Shown here in pieces: positions 22,321-34,363 of a DNA stretch of 64,000 nt; within the stretch, counting starts at the first letter, position 1; each line of letters starts with the position of its first letter. The position numbers and the translations under genes are program-made. Below the pieces are notes generated by a model. That model saw only the letters and a list, made by a program, of their open reading frames with translations. It had not been told where the DNA came from and searched no databases. The DNA is from an uncultured Gemmatimonadaceae bacterium. Lineage in GTDB: Bacteria; Gemmatimonadota; Gemmatimonadetes; Gemmatimonadales; Gemmatimonadaceae. The stretch covers positions 3,232,001-3,296,000 of the forward strand of contig CAWJMB010000002.1 in the NCBI GenBank assembly GCA_963843845.1. Reading direction: 5' to 3'.

Positions 22321-22642
22321 GAGGGCGGGGGCGGGGGCGGGAGGACTGTGCGACGACCACGGACGACGACGGACGAACACGGACGACAGCGCTACGGTGC
22401 AGTCTCCGGCGCACACGCAGGGGTGATGCCGGTCACCACTATCCTACCACCGCTGTACAGTGTCGCACCGATCCGACAGTGCGCACCGCCGCTGTTGGGC
22501 GGACGCCACACGATGGGTCGACTGTCGTGTCGCGCAAGCGCGACGACTGTGACCGAGTATCGGCGCGGTAAGTCGAAGGCGCACATAGCACTCGGTCCGC
22601 GCGGCGCGCGGCGCGACAGTCGAGTCGGGGACGTGCGGCGAC

Positions 22643-22657
22643 TGGTATGTGCCCTGC
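22643..22657 (+). promoter_or_regulatory. Putative sigma54 -24/-12 promoter of PEP-CTERM gene
   Basis: tGGtatgtgccctGC (GG-N10-GC), about 75 nt before the ATG. Confidence 0.45.
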
Positions 22658-22733
22658 CCTCCGAGGGTGCGCGACGAGCCGGTCGTCGTCGCCGATGTGC
22701 TGCCGCTCGACCACTCCTTTCGGACTCCGCCGC

Positions 22734-23540
22734 ATGCGATCACCGATCAGTTCATTCACCGCACGTCTCGCGGGCGCGGCACTCGCTCTCGCGACGGCTA
22801 CCGCCGCGGCTCCCGCCGCGCAGGCGCAGGACACCGGCGTCCTGCAGTTCAGCGAAGCCGGCACGATCGCCTTCACGTCCATCAGCAGCGGCCAGCTCGA
22901 CGTCGGCCGCCTGAAGGGCACGCTGCTCGACCTGAACGGCGCCGCGGTCAACACGCCGCTCGACCTGTTCTGCGTCGACCTGTACCACTTCGTCACGTTC
23001 GACCTCTCCGGGTGGAACGTCTACCTCACGAACCTCGGCACGGGCGACGTCAGCAGGACGCGTCAGGGCGGGATCAACCCCGCGACCATGACGCCGGCGT
23101 ATCCGGGCGCGCTCGATCAGTACCGCAAGCAGGCGTGGCTCGCCGACCAGTACGCGACGGTGACGACGGCGGCCGACACGGCGGGCATCCAGGCGGCGAT
23201 GTGGCTGCAGTTCGAGCCGTCGCTCGCGCCCTGGTTCCCGGCGACGCTCGACGAGGCGCTCGCGACGGCGACGTGGCTGGTGAACGCCGACGCGTTCTCC
23301 CTGACGTCCGACTTCACGACATACGACTGGAGCCGCTTCACGATCATCACCGACGCCTCCTCGGTCGGGCTCGGGAGCAACGACTATCGCGGGCTCCAGG
23401 AGCTGGTCACGATCGACGGCTTCGGCGCGACGACGACGACGCCCGAGCCGGCCGGCATGGCGCTGCTCGCGACCGGGCTCGCGGGCCTGGGCGTGACCGT
23501 CCGCCGCCGCACGAGGCAGCAGGGCCGGCAGCGCGACTGA
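22734..23540 (+). CDS. PEP-CTERM sorting-domain surface protein
   Basis: Signal peptide (AAQAQ); FCVDL; C-terminal TTPEPAGMALLATGLAGLGVTVRRR. Confidence 0.88.
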   Translation: MRSPISSFTARLAGAALALATATAAAPAAQAQDTGVLQFSEAGTIAFTSISSGQLDVGRLKGTLLDLNGAAVNTPLDLFCVDLYHFVTFDLSGWNVYLTNLGTGDVSRTRQGGINPATMTPAYPGALDQYRKQAWLADQYATVTTAADTAGIQAAMWLQFEPSLAPWFPATLDEALATATWLVNADAFSLTSDFTTYDWSRFTIITDASSVGLGSNDYRGLQELVTIDGFGATTTTPEPAGMALLATGLAGLGVTVRRRTRQQGRQRD

Positions 23541-23560
23541 CGACTGTCACAGTTCGTACG

Positions 23561-23732
23561 ACAGTGCGGCCCCGGGATCGGCGATCCCGGGGCCGCACTG
23601 TTCTCGACTGTCACAGCGCCCACGAGACAGCGCCGCGCGCCCCGGAGCTCCGGGGCGCGCGGCGCTGTCCCTGTCTACCATCGCGACAGTCGCCGGCGAT
23701 CGCGACTGTCCCGACAGTCGCGATCGCCGGCG
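23561..23732. repeat. Three consecutive long palindromes
   Basis: 23561-23601 (20-bp arms, 1-nt spacer), 23626-23669 (perfect 44 bp), 23691-23732 (20-bp arms, 2-nt spacer). Confidence 0.9.
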
Positions 23733-23743
23733 CGCTCAGCGCG

Positions 23744-24061
23744 TCACACGTCGCCGCGGTCGAGAATCCGGCGTGCCACCTGGTCGACCACCGCGGTCGA
23801 GTTGTACGCGCCCTCGAGCACGCGCTTCCGCAGCTCGGCCACGCGCTCCGGTGACAGCGAGCCCGACGCGGACACGCCACGCTCCTCGGTCGCGAGCGTG
23901 CGCCCGGCGTCCGAGATCTGTACGGTGTCGCTTCCGCGCCCGCGCGTGCCGCCGACGCCGGCTGCCGGCTGCGGGTCGACGCCAGGCGACGGCGCGATCC
24001 CCCCCGTCGGCTTCGTCACCGTCGGTTGGATCGCGGGGTTGGTCTGTCCAGTGATTTTCAT
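23744..24061 (-). CDS. flgM: Anti-sigma28 factor FlgM
   Basis: DTVQIS, ERVAELRKRVLEGAY; sigma28 promoter and AAGGAGG upstream. Confidence 0.85.
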   Translation of the reverse strand: MKITGQTNPAIQPTVTKPTGGIAPSPGVDPQPAAGVGGTRGRGSDTVQISDAGRTLATEERGVSASGSLSPERVAELRKRVLEGAYNSTAVVDQVARRILDRGDV

Positions 24062-24085
24062 GTTGGCATGCCTCCTTGCAACCGA

Positions 24086-24112
24086 GTATCGGCGGGCGCC
24101 CGCAGAACTTTA
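24086..24112 (-). promoter_or_regulatory. sigma28 promoter (flgM)
   Basis: TAAA-N15-GCCGATAC. Confidence 0.85.
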
Positions 24113-24136
24113 CCGCGCCCACACATCACAACCACG

Positions 24137-24697
24137 TCAGAATCGTACGTCGAGTCGCCGCGCTCCGCCGTCGTGTGCCGCATCGCCGTCCACACCGTAG
24201 CTCGCCGGGTCGACGCCCGGAAACCGTCCGTCGAGCGACCCGCCGATCCCTGCCGCCCGCGCCTCGACGAGCGCCCCGCCGAGCGACGCGAGCTCGTCGC
24301 CGAGCCGCTCGGCCTCGACGGCCGCGACCGCGCCCGCCGCCTCCGCGTCTGACGCCGACCCGGAGCGCGCTGGCGCCGGAAGCAGCGTGCCGCGCGCCGC
24401 GCCGGCGACGTACGCTCGCAGCGCGAGGTCGTGCGCGAGGTGCGCGTCCAGCTCCGCGACCGCGTCGCCGTACGCCTCGCCGAACGCCGCGCTGCCGTCA
24501 CCCCGATGCACGCTCCGCATCTCGTCGTACTGCTCGGCGAGCGCGGCGCGCGCGTCGGCGAGGGCGCGCGGCACGCCGGCCGCCTGCCCCGGGTCGGCGC
24601 TCCACGCGGCCACGACTTCGTCGCGCGCGAGCGCCGCGTACTGGGCGTAGAGCGCGAGGCGCGCCTCGAGGCGGGCGGAGGGAGACGACGTAGCCAT
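24137..24697 (-). CDS. Hypothetical helical flagellar-cluster protein (possible export chaperone)
   Basis: Ala/Leu-rich helical ORF with typical codon use; ends ASYGVDG...RRLDVRF. Confidence 0.55.
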   Translation of the reverse strand: MATSSPSARLEARLALYAQYAALARDEVVAAWSADPGQAAGVPRALADARAALAEQYDEMRSVHRGDGSAAFGEAYGDAVAELDAHLAHDLALRAYVAGAARGTLLPAPARSGSASDAEAAGAVAAVEAERLGDELASLGGALVEARAAGIGGSLDGRFPGVDPASYGVDGDAAHDGGARRLDVRF

Positions 24698-24752
24698 GCG
24701 AGGAGGGACGATCGACGGCGGGGGCGGGCAACGAGTCCCGATCCCGGCCGTC

Positions 24753-25178
24753 CTACGGCACCAACACCAGCGGCGCCGTCCGCCGAGGCTCCTCGAGCTG
24801 CACGTGCAGCAGGTTCGCGTAGCGCAGCGCCTCGTCGACCGGGCGCAGGATCGACTCGATCGCCTGCCGCGCCGCCGCACCCTCCGGCTCGCGCGCGAGG
24901 CGGTGCCGCGCGGCGGAGAGGTCGGCGAGCAGCGGCTCGAGCTGGACCAGGAGCCGCTCCCGCTCGTGCAGCGCCTCGACGAGGGCGCGGTCGTCGCCGC
25001 CGCTGACGGCGTCGAGCGCCGTCGTCACGAGATCGCCGAACCGCTCGAGCAGCCCGACGGCGGCAGTGGCCTGCCAGGCGAGGCGGCTGCTGTCTTCGAG
25101 CGGGTGCGCCGCCACCAGCGGGGTGAGGGGCACGACCCGAGCCGCCGGTCGCGCCGGGCGCACGGAGACGCCGCTCAC
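24753..25178 (-). CDS. Hypothetical helical protein downstream of fliS (FliT-like position)
   Basis: GTGA overlap with the fliS stop; LVEALHERERLL helix. Confidence 0.5.
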   Translation of the reverse strand: MSGVSVRPARPAARVVPLTPLVAAHPLEDSSRLAWQATAAVGLLERFGDLVTTALDAVSGGDDRALVEALHERERLLVQLEPLLADLSAARHRLAREPEGAAARQAIESILRPVDEALRYANLLHVQLEEPRRTAPLVLVP

Positions 25179-25738
25179 GCGCTGCGCGCGACGGCCGCCG
25201 CGACGACGGGGCCGGGAGAGACGCTCGACGAGCTCGACGAGCTCGACGAGCCCGGCGTGACGACGAGCTGGGCGACGACGGTCGCGAACGCGTCGCGCAG
25301 CTCGCTCGCCATGCGGATCACGACGTCGATGCGGGCGGTCTGCTGGTCGCGGTTCGCGGCGAGCAGCTCGCCCTGCATGTACGCGTAGAGCGTGTCGAGC
25401 TGCGGCGAGATGTCGCCGCCGTTCGCGTGGTCGAGCGACACCCGGAGCTCGGCGATCATGTCGTGCGCCCGCAGCAGCAGGTCGCACCGCTCCTCGATGC
25501 GCCGCGCCTCGCAGGCCAGGCGGCCGCGGCGCAGCGTGAGCAGCATCTTCTCGAACAGCAGCACGACGAGCTGCCCCGGCGTCGCCGCCAGGAGCTCGGC
25601 GTCGCGGTAGCGCGAGGCGGGGGCGGCGTATGGCGACCCGGCCGGAGGGGTCGCCGCGTGCGACGTCGCAGTGCGCGACGGGAGGGGAGACGGACGCACG
25701 GCAGGCGCGGGGCGGGAGTACGTGGCCAGGGCGCTCAT
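25175..25738 (-). CDS. fliS: Flagellin chaperone FliS
   Basis: YRDAELLAATPGQLVVLLFE, IAELRVSLD, LDTLYAYM, ELRDAF. Confidence 0.93.
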   Translation of the reverse strand: MSALATYSRPAPAVRPSPLPSRTATSHAATPPAGSPYAAPASRYRDAELLAATPGQLVVLLFEKMLLTLRRGRLACEARRIEERCDLLLRAHDMIAELRVSLDHANGGDISPQLDTLYAYMQGELLAANRDQQTARIDVVIRMASELRDAFATVVAQLVVTPGSSSSSSSSSVSPGPVVAAAVARSA

Positions 25739-25794
25739 TCGGTAGGGAGATCGTGTCGCGTCGAGGGACAGGAGTCGTGCGGTGCTGGACATCA

Positions 25795-25822
25795 GTATCG
25801 GCACCGCGCACCCCTCGCTTCA
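25795..25822 (-). promoter_or_regulatory. sigma28 promoter (fliS)
   Basis: TGAAG-N15-GCCGATAC. Confidence 0.65.
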
Positions 25823-25941
25823 GCGAGAGCGCCCCACGACCTCGCGGGGCGGTCGGTGGCGGCCACCGCCTGAACGCGACGTCCCCCGAGAGCGCGAAGC
25901 CCTCGGGGGACGTGATCCCGAACCGGGCGTGCCGCCCGCGC

Positions 25942-26448
25942 TCAGCCGCGCCGGTCGAGAATGCGCGGCGGGAGGGCACTCTTCGCCGCGTAGGGCGCGC
26001 CCCCGTCCGCGCCGTCGTCGGTCGTCCCACTCCCGGGCACGATGCCGGCGTCGCTCAGCTGGCGGCCGTACGCGTCGCGCCACGCCTCGAGCTGCGAGGT
26101 CAGGTTGTGGATCGCCGTCTCCGCCTTCCGCGCCTCGCGCATCATGTCGTGCATGCGGCGTTCGAGTTCGCGCAGCTCGCTCTCCGACGCCTGCGCCGCG
26201 GCCGTGTCGACGGTCGCGCGGACCGCCTGCGTGCCGTCGTGCAGCGCCGCGACGTCCTGTGCGACGCTCGCCGTGTACTCCGCCACCTGGTCGAAGTCGC
26301 CGGACGTGGCGGGCCCGTGCTGCGCCGCCGCGTCGCGCGCGAAGCGGCGGTACGCGGCACGCTGCGCCTCGAGGGCGTCGAGCGCGGCGCGTTGCGAGAC
26401 CGGACTGATGGCTGCGGAGACGGAGCTGATGGAGCTGATGGAACTCAT
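25942..26448 (-). CDS. Hypothetical coiled-coil protein after fliD (possible FliT/FlgN-type chaperone)
   Basis: Helical; ends PYAAK...RILDRRG. Confidence 0.6.
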   Translation of the reverse strand: MSSISSISSVSAAISPVSQRAALDALEAQRAAYRRFARDAAAQHGPATSGDFDQVAEYTASVAQDVAALHDGTQAVRATVDTAAAQASESELRELERRMHDMMREARKAETAIHNLTSQLEAWRDAYGRQLSDAGIVPGSGTTDDGADGGAPYAAKSALPPRILDRRG

Positions 26449-26491
26449 GACAGTGCCCCCTGGGGCAAGCGGCGCTTCGGGGAGAGGAGGG

Positions 26492-27852
26492 TCAGTTGCG
26501 ATTGCTGCCGTTGGCGAGACCGGTGATCTGTGAGGCGAGCGCGTCGCTGATCGTCTTCAGACGGCCGAGGAGCGCCTCACTGCGCGAGTACTGCTGCAGT
26601 AGCGCCGTCCGCTTCTTGTCGAGCCGCGAGTCGATGTCGTTGATGCGGAGCTGCATCGCCTCGCTCTGCGTGCCGATCGCGGCGGTCCGGCGGTCGATCG
26701 CGCCGGTCGCCGTGGCGGTGAGTCCGTCGAGCAGCGTGGAGAGGGCGCCCATCCGGTCGGCGAGCAGCGTCTTCACGTCGCTCACGCGCGCCGGATACGC
26801 CGCGTTCCATCTCGCCGCGTCGAACGAGGCCGTGCCGTCCTTCGCGAGCGTGACGCCGACCGCGCCGAGCCGCGCGAGGTCGTCCGCCGTCGTCGCCCCG
26901 CCTTCGCCGAGCATCGCCTGCGACAGCGCGCTGCGCGTCGTGCGGAGCATGGCGTCGTTGGCGAGCACGCCCTTCCCCGCCTCGGTCGCCGTCTTCGTGA
27001 GTGCGTGCAGCTTGTTGTACGCCTCGACGAAGCCGCGCACCGCGGTGGCGCCCGCGCTGTCCTGCCGCGTGATCGTGATCGTGCTCGTGCCGAGCGCCGA
27101 GAGGGCGACCGAGACGCCGGGGATGACGTCGTCGAACGCGTTCGACGCGCGCTCCACGTCGACGGTGTCGTCGATGCGCAGGAGCGCGTTCGTCGCGACG
27201 ATCGGCGGCGCGCCGCCGATGCCGAGCGCCGACACGAGCGAGGTGCCGTTGCTCGGGTCGTCCGCCGCCGTGAACGCCGCCGCCGCGCCGGTCTTGAGCC
27301 CGCTGAGCACGAGGCGCTGGCTCCCGCCGGTCGTGTCGGCGAGCAGCGACGCCTGCACGTTCGACGCCCCCGAGACCGCGTTGATCTTGTCGCGCACCGC
27401 GGCGAGCGTGTCGGTGCTCACGAGGTCGACGTTCTGCCCGCCGATCACGAGGCGCCCCGTCAGGTCGAGCGCCGGCCCACCACTCGCGAACGTCACCGTG
27501 CCGATCGTCTTCTGCGACTGCGCGAGCTGCGTGACCGCCAGCGTGTAGCTCCCCGGCGACGCCGCACTCCCCGCGACGGCCGACGCGACCGTGCGCCCCC
27601 CGCGTCGGTCCCCGACGTCGCCGCCGTGAACGCGTCGAACGCCGAGCCGTCCTTGAGGCTGTCGGTCGCGCTCTTCAGCGACGCGACGGCCGCGCGGTAC
27701 TGCTCGAACGCCTCCTTGCGCTTCGTGTTCGCGGTGATCGCCGTCTCCAGCTTCGCGGCGGGCCGCCGCTCGAGCGACATGATCGAGTCGACGAGTGCTT
27801 TCCAGTCGACTCCGCTCGAGACGCCGGAGATGGAGCTGAGTGAGTCTGGCAT
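26492..27852 (-). CDS. fliD: Flagellar filament cap FliD (frameshift near 27590-27602)
   Basis: N-terminal SISGVSSGVDWKALVDSIMSLE; VERASNAFDDVIPGVS, FVEAYN; C-terminal LLQQYSRSE. Confidence 0.9.
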
Positions 27853-27950
27853 GGAGGTCCCGTGAAGCCGGTCTGTCGCGCCGCTGCGTCTCCGAAGACG
27901 ACTCGGCGGCCGCGGCGCCACGCGGGGGCGTGGGGGCTACTGTGGAGAGG

Positions 27951-27978
27951 GTATCGGCAGCGGCGGGCCTGGACTTGA
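27951..27978 (-). promoter_or_regulatory. sigma28 promoter (fliD)
   Basis: TCAAG-N15-GCCGATAC. Confidence 0.75.
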
Positions 27979-28049
27979 CGACGACGGCGGACCACGAGGG
28001 TCCGCCGTCGCCACGTCACGCGCCGGGTGCGGCGCTCACGGCGTCTCGA

Positions 28050-29204
28050 TCAGCCGCGGAGCAGCTCGAGGATCCCCTGCGCGCCCTGGTTCGCCTGCGA
28101 CAGCATCGACGTCGCGGCCTGCTGCAGGATGTTGTTCTTCGTGTACTGCGTCATCTCGTACGCCATGTCGGCGTCGCGGATCGTCGACTCGGCGGCCTGC
28201 GTGTTCTGCAGCATCGTGGCGACGTTGCTCGATGCGAAGTCGAACCGCGACTGTGCGGCACCGATGAGGCCGAGCGCGTCGTTGGTCGAGCTGATCGCGG
28301 TGTCGAGGCGGGTCAGCGCGTTCTGCGCGCCGTTCGTCGCGTCGGCCGCGAGCGTGAGGTCGATCGTGTCGAGGTTCAGCGCCGTCGAGTCGGTCGCGAG
28401 GTTGAACGCGTTCAGCTGGATCAGGTCGCCGTTCGTGACGTTGCCGTAGTTCGCGCTCCCGCTCGACGACACCTGGAACTGCGCCGAGCCGCCGCCGACG
28501 ACCACCGTGCCGGACGTTGCCGCCGCCGTCGTGACGAAGCTCGTGCCCGTGTTGATCTTGACGCCGATCTGGTCGAAGTTCAGCGTCTGCGCGCCGGCGA
28601 CCGTCGAGAGCTGCTGCGTCACGGTCGTGCCGTTGACGGTCTTGCTCGCGGTCATCGTCGCCGCCGTCGCCGTGGCGAACGTGATCGTGCCGGCCGCCGC
28701 GCCGTTCAGGTTGATCGCCGCGATCTCGCCGGCGGCGGCGAGCGCACCGCTCGCGAAGTCGCCCGTGCCGCTCGTGACCTTCGCGCCGAACGAGCCGTCG
28801 ACGAGCTTCGAGCCCTGGTAGGACGTCGTGTTCACGATGCGGCCGATCTCCGAGCGGAGCTGCGCGAACTCGTCCTGCAGCTTCTGCTTCTGGTTGCCGA
28901 TCGTCGCCGAGTTGGCCTGGACCGAGAGCTCCTTCATGCGGTCGAGAATCGTGCTGATCGTCTGCGTCGCGCCGTCCATCACCTGCAACATCGACGTGCC
29001 CTGCGCGGCGTTCTTCCCCGCCTGACCGAGCGCGCGCCCCTCGGCGCGGAGCTGGTTCGAGATCGCGAGGCCGGCGGCGTCGTCGCCCGCGCGGTTGATG
29101 CGGAAGCCGGACGACAGCTTCTGGATCGACCGCTCGCTGGCCATCGCGTTCCGCGAGAGGTTGCGCAGGGCGCCGTTCGCGGAGGTATTCGTCTGAATGC
29201 GCAT
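28050..29204 (-). CDS. fliC: Flagellin
   Basis: MRIQTN, KLSSGFRINRAGDDAAGLAIS, AESTIRDADMAYEM, SMLSQANQ. Confidence 0.98.
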   Translation of the reverse strand: MRIQTNTSANGALRNLSRNAMASERSIQKLSSGFRINRAGDDAAGLAISNQLRAEGRALGQAGKNAAQGTSMLQVMDGATQTISTILDRMKELSVQANSATIGNQKQKLQDEFAQLRSEIGRIVNTTSYQGSKLVDGSFGAKVTSGTGDFASGALAAAGEIAAINLNGAAAGTITFATATAATMTASKTVNGTTVTQQLSTVAGAQTLNFDQIGVKINTGTSFVTTAAATSGTVVVGGGSAQFQVSSSGSANYGNVTNGDLIQLNAFNLATDSTALNLDTIDLTLAADATNGAQNALTRLDTAISSTNDALGLIGAAQSRFDFASSNVATMLQNTQAAESTIRDADMAYEMTQYTKNNILQQAATSMLSQANQGAQGILELLRG

Positions 29205-29292
29205 ACGAGTCTGTTACTCCCTTAACAGAGGTGGCGGAGCGTCCGTGCTCCCCTTGAACTGCCTCGGCGTCACCGTGGCGCCGACACCTCTG

Positions 29293-29320
29293 TTATCGGC
29301 GAGGGGGGCGAGACTCTTAA
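29293..29320 (-). promoter_or_regulatory. sigma28 promoter (fliC)
   Basis: TTAAG-N15-GCCGATAA. Confidence 0.88.
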
Positions 29321-29329
29321 CTGTGCACC

Positions 29330-29607
29330 GCGGGGTCGGTACGGCGGGGGCGGCGCGGCGGTGACTGGACTGCGTCGCTGCGATGCCGATGACGCGCGGT
29401 CGGTGCGGCGCTGGCGGTGAGGCGTGGGAGGCGAACGAAAACGACCTGGAACTCGAAACCGAGCGCCAGGTCATCTCGTGCACACACGTCCGCATGCTCG
29501 CCGTACCGTCAGCGCGGTACCGGCCGCGCAGTACCGGCCGCGCGACTACGCCGTGCAGTCACCGCCGTGCAGTCATCGCCGCACCGCCCCCGCCGTACCG
29601 ACCCCGC
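29330..29607. repeat. 278-bp element bounded by 38-bp inverted repeats
   Basis: 29330-29367 and 29570-29607 are reverse complements with 2 mismatches. Confidence 0.8.
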
Positions 29608-29623
29608 CGTACCGACCCCGCAG

Positions 29624-30112
29624 TCACAGATTCAACGCCGCCGTCACCGAAAGCGCTTCGTCCCCCAGCACGATCTGCCTCGCCACCTTCCGCTCCGCAT
29701 CGAGCACGAGCGGCGCCCGCAGATTCGCGCTCGCCCCCTCCCCGTCTCGCGCCGGCAGCGTGACGATCACGAACGCCGTCAGCACCGTCTCCTCGGTCGC
29801 GCCGAGCGCGCTCAGCTCCGCGGGAGGCACGTCGACCGCGTGCCCTGGAAAGAACACGAACGGATCCGCGAGCAGGAAGATCAGCGCCTCGCGCTCGACC
29901 GACTGCATCCACCACAGTCCGTCGCGCCCCGCCGGGATCAGCGCGTACGACCGACAGTGCTCGAACCCGTACAGTCCCGCCGGCATCGCGACGAGCGCGT
30001 CGCGCGACACGAGGACCGGGCCGAGCAGCCGCGAGGGTACGACGAGCGCGTCGGGCGAGCCGGCCGCGTCGTTCGTCGAGCCGCCAGGCACCGTCGCCAG
30101 CGCCGCGCTCAT
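29624..30112 (-). CDS. fliW: Flagellar assembly factor FliW
   Basis: GLYGFE, WMQSVE, FLLADPFVFFP, ANLRAPLVL, ARQIVL. Confidence 0.92.
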   Translation of the reverse strand: MSAALATVPGGSTNDAAGSPDALVVPSRLLGPVLVSRDALVAMPAGLYGFEHCRSYALIPAGRDGLWWMQSVEREALIFLLADPFVFFPGHAVDVPPAELSALGATEETVLTAFVIVTLPARDGEGASANLRAPLVLDAERKVARQIVLGDEALSVTAALNL

Positions 30113-31029
30113 CGGATGTAATCCAGCAGACTCATCCCCATCACCTTGGACGATGCGAGCATCGCCGCCTGATACGCCGTCTGCCGCGACACCATCTCGG
30201 TGATCGCCTGCTCCATGTCGACCTCGGACAGGTCCGACCGGTACGCCGTGACGTTCGCCTCGAGCGCGCCCAGACTCGTCTCGATCCCGTCGATCTGGTT
30301 CTGCCGCGCGCCGACGTCGCCGACGAGTGCCTGCACCGCTTCGAACGCGACGTCGAGCCGGCCGTGCGCGCTCGCCACGGCGGTCGTCGTGTTCGTGAGC
30401 AGCGCATCGTGGAGCGACTGCAGCGCGTCGAACACGCCGCTGTCGAGAAACACCGTCTTCCCGTCGTGCGCGCCGGCCATCGTCTGCCCCGACGCGATCT
30501 CGACGGTCCGGACGCCGGACGGCACGAGCGGCGTACTGCCGCCGCCGGGGATCGCGACATACGTCGGCGCCGTCGCCGTCTGCGCCTCGTCGAACGGCGG
30601 CTCGGTCGCGGCGCTCATCCCGCCGAACAGATATGCCTCGCCGAGTCGCGTGTTGCCGAGCTGCACGACCTGCTTGATCAGCTCCGCGACCTCCGCCGCC
30701 GCCGCCTCGCGCGTCGACACGCTCGCCGTCGCGCCGGTCGACGCGATCGCGAGCTCCTTCGCCCGCGTCAGCACCTGCGTCACTCCGTCGAGCGCCGAGT
30801 CCTCGGCGTCCAGCTCGGAGCCGACGCGGCGCACGTTCGACTGATACTGGGTGATCGCGCGCAGCGCGCTCGACGACTGCATGATGGCCGTCCCCGCGGT
30901 CGGGTCGTCGGAGACCGTTCGCACACGCAGTCCCGTCGTCACCCGCTCCTGCGCCTCGGCCAGACGCGCGGCGCCGGTCGAGAGGCTGCGGATCGTGTCG
31001 CGGGTCGTGAGGGCGTTCGTGACGCGCAT
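30109..31029 (-). CDS. flgL: Hook-associated protein 3 FlgL
   Basis: MRVTN, TTGLRVRTVSDDP, YLFGG, AYQAAM, MSLLDYIR. Confidence 0.93.
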   Translation of the reverse strand: MRVTNALTTRDTIRSLSTGAARLAEAQERVTTGLRVRTVSDDPTAGTAIMQSSSALRAITQYQSNVRRVGSELDAEDSALDGVTQVLTRAKELAIASTGATASVSTREAAAAEVAELIKQVVQLGNTRLGEAYLFGGMSAATEPPFDEAQTATAPTYVAIPGGGSTPLVPSGVRTVEIASGQTMAGAHDGKTVFLDSGVFDALQSLHDALLTNTTTAVASAHGRLDVAFEAVQALVGDVGARQNQIDGIETSLGALEANVTAYRSDLSEVDMEQAITEMVSRQTAYQAAMLASSKVMGMSLLDYIR

Positions 31030-31277
31030 GCGGGCTCCTGGCGGCGGGAGAGAGGTCGTCCGTCCCGTGGACGCGTGGCCGGCGAGTGGGGTCACGGCGA
31101 GGCCTCCGGCGGCGGACGGCGGGACCGACGACCGCTCGGCGGGAGGGAACGGCGCCGGGGTGACGCGTACGGCGACCTCGCTGCCGCGCGGCGGATCGCC
31201 CGCGGGCGACGTCCCGCGGCTGCCGATGCGTCCCGCCGTGCAGTCGCCAGTCGCCGTCGGCCGATAGATTGGCCCGC

Positions 31278-32711
<1,434 letters not shown>

Positions 32712-32716
32712 CGCGG

Positions 32717-34359
<1,643 letters not shown>

Positions 34360-34363
<4 letters not shown>

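Noticed and set aside
5119..22914. Very long antisense and alternate-frame ORFs (e.g. 5119-9438, 12855-15809, 19270-22914)
   Set aside because: Shadow ORFs expected at this GC content; Arg/Ala/Gly-rich with no motifs
29214..29495. 93-aa ORF as csrA or a real gene
   Set aside because: No CsrA motif (MLxLxR); it runs through the fliC promoter and the inverted repeat
23541..29621. CRISPR array in the repeat-rich intergenic regions
   Set aside because: No constant repeat with unique spacers and no cas genes
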